Assembly: GCF_036321535.1 (NCBI RefSeq)
Contig: NC_087437.1
Location: 7,254,001-7,318,000 of the forward strand
Origin: Camelus dromedarius
Taxonomy: Eukaryota
DNA: 64,000 bases
Direction: 5' to 3'
A program made the translations under genes and the position numbers. The notes beneath the pieces were generated by a model. The model saw nothing but the letters and a program-made list of their open reading frames with translations, searched no databases and was not told the DNA's origin. The first letter of the stretch is position 1; the number at the start of each line of letters is the position of its first letter. Shown in pieces: positions 11,131 through 24,800 of the stretch.

Positions 11131-12859
11131 GAAGAAAACATCTAAAAGCATCCTTCCTATTTATAATGTAGAAATTCTATATTTTATATATGTTATATAC
11201 ATACACACACATATATATATATATACAGAAATGGAAAGAGCAGGGTCTCTGAAAGAATATTTTGACCTCGTTCTAAAAGTAAGATGCACGACAGAAAAAA
11301 TATCTCTGCCACTCTAGGATAATATCGTCACAGAACATCTTGCTTGGGATGGGATTGATTTCAAATATTCCCCTGAGGCTGAAATCTCCTCTGTGACATC
11401 CCTGCCCATGGGATCACGCAGTCTCCAAACAGGCAGTTACAGAGGATGCTAGGTAACAGTAATAGCTAATTCTTACAAAACACTTAACACGTGTCAGGCA
11501 CTCTTGCAAAGAGCTAACAAAAACAAGATCTGCTTGTCAAACATTTCTCCTAATACTCATTAGGAGTCTGTTTCCCATTCTAATCCTTTATTAATTTAAT
11601 CTTCAGGGCCTCCATGAACATGGTATGTTGGGCAGGGGCCTTGTAGGTCTTGGAAGCTTTCCTTGTCCTCATCCTGGCTCACTCACCCTCTTTGTATTGT
11701 AGGTTTCCTGCCACCTCCTGTTGGTCACTAACAAGATTGGATGAGATGAGCTTTGAACTCCTTTCCAGTTCTAAACGTCTACAATTCCAAAATGTGTATC
11801 TTCACTTTTAAATGAATGAAGGACTATCTGTAAACTGTGAGAGAATGAAACTGGGGAAGAACTGAAATAATCCAAACTTATATTCCCTGTGTGTAAAATT
11901 TTGTAGCCTTATAATGATTAATGGAATTCTTAGTCTTTTTTGAAGGACAGAAGTGCCATTCACTTCTGTACTCTTTCTGATTTTGTGGACCCGAATCCAG
12001 GTTGAGTATATTGTCTACTGTGACATAAAATATCTATTTTTCAGGGGTCCATGTGATGCATGCTTTCCTGAGTTCTAAGGAAAGTTTATCTTTATAGACA
12101 AAAATGTATATTCCATACTTGTTTCGTGTCATGCTCTAGTTGAATGTTATCCCAGGAGAACCACTGATGGAGAAGGGGTAACACAGAAACTAGCCAGGAC
12201 ACTGCAGGGTGAAGGTGCTTTTCCATGTCCCCACCCTCATCTGCTACTTCATCAACAACAGAGGAGACGTATGATAAATGATACCCAGAAAGATAACCTG
12301 GTGTGTAGGGACTGAACATGCAAACCACAAACTACTGCCATGATTTATGCCACTAATGAGGTATCTGAAAAATGCTCTCACCCTGACTCCACAAGGCCCT
12401 CTCTCCACTCTCTCTGCTGGTGGTGAGGACATACATAAGACATCTTCAACTTCAGTTCTCATTGGCCTAAAGCCAGGGTGGGACTGAGACTGTGGGTAGG
12501 TCTTCTCATCATTGGTCGATGGAGGGAAACTCCAACAGGAACACAGCAAGTTTCCCTTTTCCACTTTACCACCAGGGCACTCAGAGCCCAACTCTAATTA
12601 GCAGGTCATCTCAGATGCCCCAAAACACTTATATCTTGAGTCCAGATAGTCCTATTTTATCTATGGTTATTTTCTAATTGATACTGACTACCTCTTAACC
12701 AGTGGGCTGCACTCAGTCTGGGAGAAAGGCTGAGTGAGATCCTTTCTTATGAGCCTGTGAGTTTCTGTTCCCACCAACGGAGTAGCATGTTTACCAGGAG
12801 GTCGTTATATTTGATCCCACGCTAGTTCAGGCCAGCTGTGTTAGAGCTATTATTACAAT

Positions 12860-13330
12860 ACACACTTTAATGAAAAATTCTATAAACTCTGAACTATTAA
12901 TGCAAAAAGAAATAGAATCATGTCTATGAGAACAAAGTTGTATGCCTTAGAATGATTCAGTATGTGGAGTTGCTGAAAATAATGATGTGGAATTAGGCAT
13001 GAGAGAGGCAAGTGGAAAAGATGGGGGGTGGGGATGGGAAATTAATTTTCTAGAAGGATTCCACATTCTGATTGCTTTGAAGATGTCTAGCTCTACCTTT
13101 GTTTTAAGGAAGCCAGCACTTGAAATTGCAGCCTGTGGTGGATTAAGAGTGTGACCATGTATTCAGAAAAAGATATTTATCCTACATTCAAATATTGGTG
13201 AACAAATGTATATTTATACATTTAAGGTAAAACGGAATGATTAAGGTGTACATCTCTTATTTAGAATTTCCTACATTACCTGATTTTTTTTCAATGAACC
13301 AATTATTATAACAGATAATGGAGTATATAC
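12860..13330 (+). mobile_element. Tigger-family DNA transposon fossil (Tigger13-like)
   Basis: Frameshifted translation KKRNRIMSMRTKLYALE*...VELGM resembles the N-terminal CENP-B-type HTH of Tigger transposases. Confidence 0.55.
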
Positions 13331-13631
13331 CATAAAAATGCAATTCTAATAAAAAAAATGAGTAGGAGGGATATAAATCTAAAAATACATAGAAAGAAAT
13401 AAAAATTAATACACAAGTTCTTAAAGAGTCCAATATCAATATTTCAATTTGGCCAAATTAACCTGGTACTAAAACGATGAGGTGAGTATATGGTACCCAT
13501 ATTCACTTACTGTGGGGCTACTTTAGAGAATACTCTCTTGCTATAGCTAACACAAGGTCACGGAGTATGGATGATCTGAAGACAGGCTCAGAGCTGCAAC
13601 GTCAGATGCCTTCGGAGACTGACTGCAGCAG

Positions 13632-13645
13632 GTTGCTATGGTAAT
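13632..13645. promoter_or_regulatory. Candidate RFX X-box
   Basis: GTTGCTATGGTAAT versus consensus GTTRCCATGGYAAC; motif match only. Confidence 0.4.
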
Positions 13646-13654
13646 GGAAAGATC

Positions 13655-13832
13655 CTGGAGTCTGGAGTTAGCCAGACATAGCTGCATCACCAGTCAGAGT
13701 GCCCTCTTGGACAAGTCATTCAACCTTTTGGAGCCTCCATGTCCTCACTTGTGAAGTGGGACCAGTAATTCCTCTCTCACATACCTGTCGGGGGTATTAA
13801 GCACAATACTGTATGCACAAGTATCTGGCAGG
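13655..13832 (+). mobile_element. MIR SINE
   Basis: ggacaagtcattcaaccttttggagcctccatgtcctcacttgtgaagtggg MIR core. Confidence 0.7.
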
Positions 13833-14322
13833 GTCATGGTCTTCAGACACTCCTGTTGGAAGTCTTCCTTCCTGTTTTTCCCAAATGCAAAAATTAGCAT
13901 TTGGGGTTATTGACTAGATACATACAAACATCCAAGTGAGCACCCTGTTGTTTTAACATCAGAATTTGATTATTCTCTACACGTAAACATTACATGACAG
14001 ACACTCAGCAGCTGCGGGCCCTTTAGTACATCACAAAACTTAAAATTCAGAACTCTTTGGAATGACGGTAAAGATCTCTCTTGACAACTGTTGCTTTTCA
14101 TTCACTCCCATGATGCTGCAGAGATTCTTGGCTTATCAACCAACTCAGACACGAAAGCACAAAGGCCTTCTGCTTTATTCTCTGTCTCCACGGATAAGCG
14201 TGGCAAATTGAGACACAAGTTCCACATGAGGGCTTAGGCTCAGCCTGGGTGCCCACAGTCACCGGGCAATATTTCAATGTGTCTGTTTTTACCAATCCGA
14301 CACTCACCCACCACCTTCTTTA

Positions 14323-14328
14323 TTTTTT

Positions 14329-14375
<47 letters not shown>

Positions 14376-14394
14376 GTGTGTGTGTGTATGTATA

Positions 14395-14428
<34 letters not shown>

Positions 14429-14537
14429 TTGCAGGGGGAGGTAATTAGGTTTGTTTATTGAAGGGAGGTACTGGGGATTGAACCCAGGACCTTGCACATG
14501 CTAAGCAAGCGCTCTACCACTGAGCTGTACCCTCCCC
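14323..14537 (-). mobile_element. Vic-1-like SINE, long form, with microsatellite in its tail
   Basis: tRNA-Ala-like head plus aaacctaattacctccccc segment on the minus strand; perfect 18-bp TSD cacccaccaccttcttta at 14305-14322 and 14538-14555. Confidence 0.95.
14331..14430. repeat. Compound microsatellite (TA)n(TG)n(TA)n(T)n
   Basis: Seen directly. Confidence 0.95.
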
Positions 14538-15057
14538 CACCCACCACCTTCTTTAAAATGAACCTGGAATTGCCCCTTAAGTGGAGAAACAATGCTTTCC
14601 AAAGGCCCATTGATATAACTTCAGGGGGTACTCTGTTCTCTGGGCTGTGCTAAATCTAGGCCAGTCTACCGCTTCGAGTAGTTGACAAATTTCTACTGTT
14701 GCTTCCTTTTTGTTCTGTTTCCCATGAAGTTTAAAATAAACAATTAACCTATTTCCACCACCGTGTTGGGTATTGATTTAATTTAGCATGTGTTATTCAT
14801 CTGCATGCCTCACAACGGTTGCTTAATTGTCTAAATCTTCCCCGTGTAGAGGGTGCTGCCTATAGACTCTCTTTCCACGGAACACTCTGAGCAGAGTGTG
14901 GCTGACTATTTCCATAACATCTGTCTTTTCTCCTAAAGAGCAGATTAACAATTATGCTTCTCTGAAAGGTGTGCTGTGTGCCTGCGCACACGCGCACGGG
15001 AGCATGGGGCTCTGTGTGTTGAGGGGAGGTATTTGCTTCTTGTGCAATTCATTTTCT

Positions 15058-15213
15058 TTCTTTCTTTTTTTTTTTTCTATTTCTTTTTAAAAAAAATTGA
15101 GGGGTGGGTAATTAGGTTAATTTATTTATTTATATTTAATGAAGTTACTGGGGATTGAACCCAGGACCTCGTGCACGTTACACACAAGCTCTAACACTGA
15201 GCTCTACCCGCCT
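15058..15213 (-). mobile_element. Vic-1-like SINE, long form
   Basis: ggggattgaacccaggacctcgtgcac...ctgagctctaccc; perfect 15-bp TSD tgcaattcattttct at 15043-15057 and 15214-15228. Confidence 0.95.
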
Positions 15214-15413
15214 TGCAATTCATTTTCTGGTACCGGAGTTTGCAGTCCTATCCCCAGGTCAGAGATTTTGCTTGTCCCCACAATGCAGCTGGCAGGATTG
15301 CCCTTTTGCCGTGCTACAGAATGCCACCAAAGGCCCCATGATTTCCATGAAACGTGGTTAGCTGCGAAGGAGGCAGCATATGAAACCTGCTCCTCTTGCC
15401 ATTCATCCCCAAC

Positions 15414-15416
<3 letters not shown>

Positions 15417-15460
<44 letters not shown>

Positions 15461-15481
15461 ACACACAGACACATGTACACA
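15417..15481. repeat. (CT)n(CA)n microsatellite
   Basis: Seen directly. Confidence 0.95.
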
Positions 15482-16809
15482 AAGCTCCTTTCAATTGTGT
15501 TAAGCAGTAAAGCAGGAGGATTTTTTAAATTAGTGTTTTGTTTTGGCAATGGTTGCTGATGTGTTCATGTAATACAGTTTTAATCAAATCCCCAAAGCTG
15601 AAGACCTTTCAGCGTATCTTAGGCTGCACTGTGCACGGCTTATTCAACTCCAAGTGGCCACCAGGGAGGTACAATTAGCTGTTCCCATGGAGAAGTTTGT
15701 TATAGTAATAAATAATAAGAAGCATAGGTAGTGATGGAATCAATTAAAGATATTTTTGACCCTCTAATGGTTTATGGGAATGCTAAATAATTGACAACAA
15801 CAAGTTTTGGACTCCGTCTTCTATCTGCACGTCTCCTACCGAAACACTGACCAGGCACCCAGCACAGTGTGTGAGGTCACTGCTTCTACTTTCTTAAAAG
15901 AAGCCGCGTTGTCCAGGGTTCGGTTTGAAAGACCATGGCAGCCCACCCAGCACCAGGCTGATTTTGACAGGGTTAAAACTCTGCTGTAAATATTTGCTGC
16001 AGGCGGAAACCTAACATATGAAGCAGGAGAACAAATTGTGTTATCAGTTTCAAAAACAATCTGTTTTGCCGTTCATTTATTTATTTTTTTAAAGCAGTGT
16101 AAAACAGAACAATAGGAGTTGACTGGCTGGGAGGGCTTTGTGCTTTGTCTCTGGCTTCCCACAGCTTGGATGTTAAAAGAGAAATTTGGCACCTGGGACA
16201 TTGGTAAAGTGCCCTAAACGTTTTTGGCATCTTGACAGGGGAAAAAAAAAAGTCAAAATGATCAGGCCACCTTGGTTTGAAATTGGTGCGTGTGTGCTCA
16301 CAAGTCACTTTATAAATAAACTCTCAGAAGGAAGTAGGGCGGATGGGTTCACTGTGTGTGTCCAGGATGAACTGATCATGCCACACATCACCTAAAGCAG
16401 ATCCGTGATCCATGAACTTAGTAAGATTTATATGAAGAGACACAATGGTTCCTTCAAAGTTATTAGGTAAGTGACATCTGGCCTCAACACCAGTGTGGGT
16501 ATCCATGGGAATTTGTCAGGCTCAAATGCAGGTGAATAAAGCTTAAATCACAATTATCATCACTTGATTATGAAAAGCCATTCTATCGGATGCTCTATCC
16601 TACAAATGTTATGATAATTGTAAAAACGCACTGGGTGGATCGGTCTACCTTCCTGCAGAATGCTCCCACTCTTCCCTGAGGGTCTCTGAAGTCGACTTGA
16701 GCACTGCGGGGGCAAGAGAAGCCACCTCCAGGGGCGGCTGGGTTGTGAAACTTCTAAAAGCACGTTAATTAACCCCGATGTTTTAATATAATAGCACCTT
16801 TTACTTTAG

Positions 16810-17035
16810 CAGGGATTGGCAAACTACAGACTGTGGGCCAAATCCCGCCCACTGATTGTTTTTGTAAATAAAGTTGTATTGAAACAGTGACATTCATTCA
16901 CTTACCTATGGTCTATGACTTTCATGGTATAATGGCAGAACTGAGTAGTTGCAGCAGAGATGGTACCTATAACCGACAAAGCTGAATGTATTTACTCTCA
17001 CTAGCCTTTCACAGAAATACATTTGCCAACCCCTG
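16810..17035. mobile_element. MER58A-like hAT-Charlie MITE
   Basis: Terminal inverted repeats cagggattggcaaa...tttgccaacccctg; internal tttgtaaataaagttgtattgaaacag. Confidence 0.85.
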
Positions 17036-18489
17036 ACTTCTGATGGTTTAAAATTTACCTGTTATCCTCACCATCTTCTCTGGAGAGGAAATTTTTTTGT
17101 CTCACCTCTTCCATCCCTATTTTTCAGACCGGAAGACTGGAAGGCAAGGAATCTGAGGCTGATCAGGTGACCAAAGAGGAGAGTTCAAGGATTTCTAGTT
17201 CTTTTCTGACCACAGCTGATGATCAAGATCTTCAGCAGTTACTGATCAGAGTGACCTGGGAGACAGAGGATACAGCTTGTTGGATGGATCTGGCCCATTG
17301 CCTCAACTTAGTGAGAGGTCACCTGGAAGTTTATCAGGATGGTGAGGAACTCCAAAGGGTAATTGTGGAGGTCAATCTAGAAGCAAAACTGAAGAGTGAA
17401 AAAAGTAGATTGGTTCTAGAATTCAGAAGGAGTAAGAAATAGAACAGGATCAGAGCAAAAGACTCCAAAGAAATTGTTTGAATGTTGGAGGAGTGTCTGG
17501 AATCCCTTTTCATTGATGATGGCTCCTTGGTGGTTGTCCTGTGGAGGGTGGAGAGCTTTTGCATTTCCACAGTAGCTATTGTCTACAGGAAAATGAGGGC
17601 TGGGACCTTCCTCCTTTGCCACATACAGGATGAGCTGCAGAGAGCTGGTGAAAATGGTGAGAGGATGAGACCCAGAAAGGTGGTCTTTTTTTTGCTGTGA
17701 GCCAGGAAATCACTGAACTTTCACCCACACAGTTTGAACACATCGACCCCACCAGTGGTTTGGTTTGGCTTTTGAATGTTTGGGTCCAAAGTATGTAATG
17801 GTACATATTCTAAAATTGTCTCATTTGACAATTTCTACATCTTTTCTAACTAGGTAGGAATTAGTAAATGTGATTTGGGGTTAAGATTCCTCCACTTACA
17901 AGAGGAGGTCTGGCACTAGTTTTTATTATTGAAAGTTACTTAATAAACAGAGAAAAAATAGAATTATAGGCAGAGAATGGAATGAGTAGCTTGGTTCTTC
18001 CTTTCTTGAGATTCAGAAGGCTGAAGGCACCTGGTCTCCAGGCTCCAGCTCCTCTGCACGTCCTGTCATCTGGAACTCACCATCCCCTCCTCCCTCCCCC
18101 AGAATGAACTCCCCTTGTGCTTAAATGTCTTCTTCTATATGTCTTAGCCTTGGATCAGTTCTTCCTGGTGTCTCCTTTGACTCCCCAGGCAGAGAAGGTT
18201 GGGTCTTCCTGTAATTTGATTCCATCTCACTCCTTGCTTCTTATTGTAGAGCCTTCTTTGTGTTCTTATAATTATTAACTAATTTCTCTCCTAGACTGTA
18301 AGCTCTGGGAGGGATTACTCACTGCTGGTGTCATCACAATGTAGTGGATACCCAACTTTGAAGACTCCATTATAAGACTGGATCTTTAGCTTAAAGACCA
18401 AAGAATCTGCAGAAAGATGTTATGAATTTGAGTTCCTCTTGGTTGGATAATCTTTCTAGATCTGTGATAGGGTTGGTGAAGGCAATAGG

Positions 18490-18710
18490 ACCAATATTTA
18501 TTGATCAGCATCTTTGTGTAGACATGGTACCTTGACTTCAAGAGCATTATCTCATTTAAGCATCTCAACAAGCCTATGTGATTGGGGTACCCATGATTGC
18601 ACTGTAACAGAACAGGTCTAAAGGGTTAAGTGACAACCAGGGTCATACTGCCAGGAAGGAGAGGAGCCAAAATCTGAATCCAAGCCTAACATTTATACAG
18701 TCCAGCTTTT
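18490..18710 (-). mobile_element. MIR SINE
   Basis: attatctcatttaagcatctcaacaagcctatg...ggttaagtgacaaccagggtcatactg...tctgaatccaag. Confidence 0.7.
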
Positions 18711-19479
18711 CTCAACTACTCCATGTGACTTTTAGTAAATGGCTCTTTCTAGATGAGTATCAGGGAAAGTCAACAATTTTCTTGGTCATTTCTTTCTTCT
18801 CATTCCTTCACTCCTCCTTTTTAAAAAAAAATTTCTTTGTTCCTTTTCTACTGACAAAACCTGAGACTGATCACAGTTATCTATAAGCACTCTTTGTCCT
18901 ATGGCCAAAAAGTTGTTGACTTCTGCTTTCTTTGCTGAAACTAACATATTTATTTCTCATTATACTTCTTACCACTCAAGACCATGCATTTTCAACCACC
19001 TAAAATGCTTGCAAACTCATAATTAGCTTTTGTGTAAACATTTAAGGGTTTTATTTTCCTTTTAGAAAGGGGTGTTAATTGAGACTTGAGTGGGGATTTT
19101 GGCACATTGGATCTTAACTTTTTTAAGGTGACTTTTTAAAAAGCAACAACCCACATACTTTTGATGGATCATCAATAGGAATTTGGCTCTCCAAAGTTCT
19201 CATCCCTACCCAGTGTTCTATAAAATTAGTAGAAGATTAGATAAAATTATTAATCAAGGAAATGAAAATGGGAAAGGTAGGTCTTCGCTCTAAGTTGTTT
19301 TGCCTTTATCGTTTATCTAAGAACTCAGAGATATATACCTGTCAAGGAACTCTCCTGAGGCCTTGGCATGAACCGATATTTAATCTTTAAAAGTAGAGCC
19401 TGAAGAAGGAAATACTGTTCTTGAGAATCAAGACAAATATGAAGTCAAAATTATCTTTGAATATGACATTTAATTTTTA

Positions 19480-20150
19480 AGAATCTGTGCTACCTAGTCA
19501 TCCATATCTACTATTCTTCTGCTAACATAGTGAAGATGATCTTCCTCAAGGAACCAGGCATGAGTTTTTGTCCTTCAAGGTGTGAGTTTTTACCTGTATT
19601 TCCATATTCTTTCAGTCTCCTGTATGACACACACTTTATGTCAGCAGGTTCAGAACATCTGAATCACCATCTGATTTTGAAGAGTCACCTGGTCAACCAG
19701 GAGCCTGGCACTCCTGTTTCCAACTCTGTTCCTGAGTCCAGGATTCTCCACTGCTTGTCTTATGCCTGCCTCCTCAGCCTTATCTTGTATGACTCCCTTT
19801 CTGTATTATCTTCTGGCAACATGAACAAAGGAGAACTGTTCAGACAGATTGTTCTATTTTATGCCTTTTCACATTCTGCTCCTTCTGCACCAAACTCCAC
19901 TCTCTTTCTCTTCCTCATTATTCTTTAAAACAATGCTTAGGTATTGTTTCTCTCTATGAAGCCCACCTCAATGCCTCACGTCAGATGAAGTGAATTCCTC
20001 CCTCCTGTAAGCTACTTTAGCCCCTCCCTCACATTTCTTGTGTTGCACGGATCACACTGTCCAGCAATTATTTGTTAAATGTCCATCTGTTCAAAGGGTA
20101 AATGCAACGACCTTCCTTTATCCCTAGTCCTTAGCTTAGGAGCACGTATG
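19480..20150 (+). mobile_element. Degenerate LINE-2 3' region
   Basis: atgccttttcacattctgctccttctgc...ccttcctttatccctagtccttagcttag resembles the L2 3' end. Confidence 0.5.
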
Positions 20151-20695
20151 TATCTTTGTTGGTTGATCTTCCTACCCCAGGCATGTATTGAACTGAACTG
20201 ATGGATAGATAAAAACAAACTATCTGGTTCCTGGGAGATCAAACACAAAGCCCGAAACTTCTAACCTGCCAAGACGGTTTAAAATTTCAATATCGTTTGT
20301 CGTTAGGTCTATGAGAGTTGCTTTTGTTGACTTTCTACAAAGTTGACTGTTGGGCTGAGATTATTGGTGGTAGTGATTAGGTGATAGAGTGAAGTTCAAT
20401 TCTTTAATGGCTGAATTTCAATCAGATGTATCAATGTTTTGGAGCCAAAGGCCAAAACTTACATTTTAAAAAACTGATACAATCTAGTATCTGCAAAACG
20501 AACAACAACACACAAGTCCCTCCTTCTAATGAGTCACTTGAATGTAAAATCAACTGTAATTCAAGAAACCAAAAACACTGAGACGGGTGAGTTTTGTCGG
20601 ACTGGACCAACTTGTTTTACTTGTTACCGACAAAGAAAGGACTGATTAGGTCCCAGGGTACAAAAGTCATGCCTTGGGTTACAAGGAGCATCCTG

Positions 20696-20714
20696 TGTCT
20701 CCCCCTGCTGGTGG
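20696..20714 (-). promoter_or_regulatory. Candidate CTCF-binding site
   Basis: Minus strand CCACCAGCAGGGGGAGACA; core CCAGCAGGGGGAG versus consensus CCASYAGRKGGCR. Confidence 0.5.
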
Positions 20715-21764
20715 GTGGAATAACTAGGTGGCACAACCCCCAGGAGCCTGAACCTCCATGACCTCAGAGCTTTGTATCATCCCGTCAACTGGCCTCTGGG
20801 AACTCTGAATAGGGAAGGCTGATCAAGAGTTCATGCCAGGATACTTTATTTCATCCTCAGCTTTCTAACTCTGGTTAATTAGCATCTTGCTTTTCTTAAC
20901 AATTCTAACTTCACATCCCATTGAAATAAACCATTAAGAAACCCACTTCTTGCATATTTTAATTCCAGGCTATAACTACATTTCAATTACATTAAAATTG
21001 TTTTTAAAAAGGTTGTGTTTGAAAATAATCTCAAGTGTTACCATGAGGGATACCGTTTCCTCTCATCTTCAAAGGACTGTTTTAATTCACCAGTAAATTT
21101 GGAAATATGAAAAGAGAAGAGTAAAACAGCAGCACTGTATAAAGTGAATCCACAGAAAGTCTGGGCAAAAAAAAAGATTTTTCCAAAATTTTGTTTGTAT
21201 CACTCTGTCACCTTTATTTGGTAATTGTATATCTGAAAGACTCAAATTCCAAAAGAATTTGAAAAGGCTTTTTATTGTGAGTATTTATGTGAGTATTCAC
21301 GGCAAGGACTAAGCAAAGCCAAGAGCCCACAATGAAGATATTGTACGATAGATGGTTTACAAACCAGAAAGTGCTCTTATTCAATGGTGACAGCTAAAAA
21401 TAAAAACCCGAACCTTGCTATTATCAGCTGAGAAGCGAAAACTATACAACAAAAGAGAGGGAAAATCAGAAGGAAAAAACAAAAGTGAGTAGAAGTGTGG
21501 ATTCTCGTATCTAAGATTAGATATGAGAACCAACGAGACACCAAGAAGTCAATGCAATAGTGAGCAAAAAAAAAAAAAAAGTAATATAAGAAAAAAGAGA
21601 GAAATGCACTATTTCCATTTGATACTAATGGTTACCTTGTGCTCATTATATTTTGTCTGCCATGGTAGGGAACAGTGTTATGTCTTTTAAGGAGAGTTTG
21701 GTTAAAAATAATATAAAATTTTAAATGTATTAATTTGCAAATATTCATTGAGTGTTGTGTGGTG

Positions 21765-22110
21765 TGTTAATTCCTTAAACAATTCCAAAGTGTCAGTAGC
21801 TTAATGCAAGGACTCAGCTGTTGCTTGTGTCCCAGTCCAGTGCCAGTCATTCTGGGACCCATGCTCCTTCTCCCTTAAGGTGCCACCATCTATAACAAAT
21901 GGCTTCCAAGTTTGCTGGACAAGAAGAGAAAGGAAGCTCACTCATGAAAGGTTTTTACAGACCAGCCCTACAAGTGGCTTACAACCCTTCTGCCCACATT
22001 CCATTGACCATAAATCAGTCACATGACTCCAATCTAACTGCCAGGGGGTTTCTGGAAAATACTGTCTTCCTACTATCTAGAGAAAATGATAACATGGACA
22101 TTGATTAGCA
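21765..22110. mobile_element. MLT1-type MaLR LTR fossil
   Basis: tcagtagcttaa...ccttctgcccacattccattgaccataaatcagtcacatgactccaatctaactgccagggg. Confidence 0.7.
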
Positions 22111-22129
22111 AGAACATTCTCTCTAAGTA

Positions 22130-24800
22130 CCTAGAAATTTAGCAGTGGTTGGGGGGTTGGGAGAACAGACAAAAATCCTGCCTTCCTGGACAGGAAATAA
22201 ACAATAAAGGAAATACATAAGTTAAACACGTAGTGTAAGGAGTGGTAAGTGCTAACTGGAAAACCAAAGTACTCAGATAAGCAGGGCAGGAAGTGGCAGG
22301 ACTCAGTTATCATTTAAATAGGCCAATCAGGGAAGGCTTCACTAAGAAGGAGACATTTGAGGAAAGATTTGAAGGAGACAAGCGAGTTGGTGGAGGTCTA
22401 GTGGGGAAGAGCATTTCAGGGAAAGGATACTGCAAATCCAAGAGCCGTGAGACAGGAGTGTGGAGGAGGCTAATGTGGCTGGAGGGAAATGAGCTGGTGG
22501 TGGGAGTGGGGCTGGGGGGAGGGGGGATTCATGGGAGATGAGATCAGTGAGGCCATGGGACGGGCAGACTTTGTAGTGTTTGCCAGCCATTGTGAGGACT
22601 TCCACTTTTTTTTTTCAAATGAAACTGGAAGCACTGGAGGGAGGGTGTTGAGAAGAGGACTGACATACATGATTGAGAATAGAATGCAGGGGCCAAATGT
22701 GAACACAGGTAGGCTTATCAGGAGACCATCTTAATAATCCAGGTGAGATGCTTAGCAGTAAAAGTGGTGAGGAGTGATTGAATAGTAGTTATATTCTGAA
22801 AGAAGAGTCCACAAGGTGTGCTGGTTGATCAGAGGTATGGTGGAGAGAAGGAGAATCAGGTGTAAGTCCAAGATTGTGTGCTGTCTTAGCAAACGGAAGC
22901 GTGGGAGCAGTAGATTTTTAAAGGGGGAATGGTGATCTGATCAGGAGCTAAGCTTTTGACATGTTAAATTTGGGATGGTTTTTCGCTCTTCAGTCTGAGA
23001 AGACCCAGGGATATGATGAATATGGACTTCCGAGGGGAGCCTGGCCAGAGACAGACATTTGTTAGATCTCAGAGCCTCATCAGATGAGAGCCCTGTGCAA
23101 AGAGAGAAGCGCTCCAAGGCTGAGCTTGAGGCACTCCAGCATCCCAAGCTTGGACAGATGGGGAAGACTGACCAAAGGAGATGTAGAATACGTGGTTAGT
23201 GAGGTGGAGGGAAAACTGGGTGGAAGCTACGGGAAGGAAGTCCTCAGGAAGAAGGAAGGGAGCAAATGGAACAAATATTGCTGATAGATCAAGTGAGAAA
23301 GAAAGGTTGGGGCTTGAGCATTGGGTTTAGACCATGAAGGTAACTCATGTCCTTAACAAGAGCTTTGTTCTTACCAGGTGGTGAGAATGAAACCATGTCT
23401 AGAGTGTTGGAAGAGACTGTGAGGAGAGGAAGTGGGGGTGATGAGTGTTGACACGTGTTTTGCTGTAAAGAAAAGGGGAGGAATGAGGTGGTGGCTGGAG
23501 AGGGAACTGGGTTAAGAGATGGTTTCTTTTGCTATTTATATGCTGATGAGAAAGGTTCAGTAGACAGGAGTTGTTGCTTTAGGGGAGAGCGAGGCAACTT
23601 CTAGAGCAATTTTTTTGAGAGACAAAAAAGAATGGGACCAAGTGCACAAGGGCAGGACTGCTCAGGCAGTAGCGGGAAGAAGGAGGCAGTGTTACCTGAC
23701 ACAGGTGTGGGGAGGTGGTAGGGGTGAGAACTCATGGAGTTTCTCATCCCATCGTCTCCTTATCAGTAAAATGAGAATGAGGACGAGGGAGGAACTGTTA
23801 GATATTGGAGGAGAGGAAAGGAGGTACAAAATAGTCACCTAGGAAAGCAGGAGAGTGAGTGGCCTGGGGAAATGCAGTATGATTGTCCAGCCACATTAAG
23901 GGCTCTCTTGTGGAGAGTGAACAGGAGTTTAAAGTGAGGCGAGTCAGCAGTCCTGTGTTTATTTCCAGCTTCATTTAGTTTCACGGGTGCAGGTGAGGAT
24001 AAGAGAGAGTTGGATTTGACTAGAGCTGCATTTTCCAAGTGAGTAGGCCAAAGAGAGAGGTGGGCGGAGGGGGGCGGGTGGAGAGGGAGAGAGAGAGCGA
24101 GAGCGAGAGGGAGCAAACGAAAGGAGGACACAGGCAAAGAAGAGGTTATAATGACGGACTAGAGTTTCAGCTGGATAAGAAGTGAAGTGAGGATGTAAAG
24201 AGTTGAGGGACAGTCTCACTGATAGGGTCATCAGGCTGTAGATGCCCATGTTGAGTTGCGTTGGAGGATGTAAACGGGAAAGACTGAAGATGGACAGAGT
24301 GGGTGAATTAAGAGGAGGTCATAAATTCTGGTAAATACAGGTCTAAGGCACGCGTGACTGTGAGAGGAGATGCTGACACAGTGTGGAGAAGAGTTCAAGG
24401 GAATGAGAAAACAGGGGCTTGGAAATTATCACCTGCATGGATATTGAACTAACTATGAATTATGATAGGAGTTAGTGACCCTGTGCCAGGAACTAAAATC
24501 TTCCAAGAATTGGAAGGGGATGACCTATTAGCTCATGGATGCTCAGAGAGAGAGAAAGGGTGATCTGATGACAAGGGATTCAGAGCTGGAGAGTGCTGGG
24601 CGGTGAGGGGAAAGCATTGGATGTGGTAAGAAAATTAAAGGATGCCTGCCTCTCAACCAGCCCGGTTCTACACAGAAGAAGGTGGAAGGGAAATGGTGTT
24701 CCCAGAAGAGGACCTGGTTTCAGTTTGAAGCACAAGATACAGGAGAAGAGACTTAGGGTTTTGGAGAATTTGATGATGTCCAACAGATCAGAAGAAGCGA
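22130..24800 (-). mobile_element. Long LINE-2 remnant including degraded ORF2
   Basis: Purine-rich plus strand with L2 motifs (agggaaggcttcact...gacatttga, ttttgacatgttaaatttg). The minus-strand peptide ADSPHFKLLFTLHKRALNVAGQSYCISPGHSLS resembles L2 ORF2. Confidence 0.8.

Noticed and set aside
12020..12850. Possible old LTR
   Set aside because: Looks repeat-like, but I could not assign a family or termini with confidence.
22502..22526. G-quadruplex-compatible G-runs
   Set aside because: Lies in a purine-rich L2 remnant; such motifs are common and nothing suggests function.
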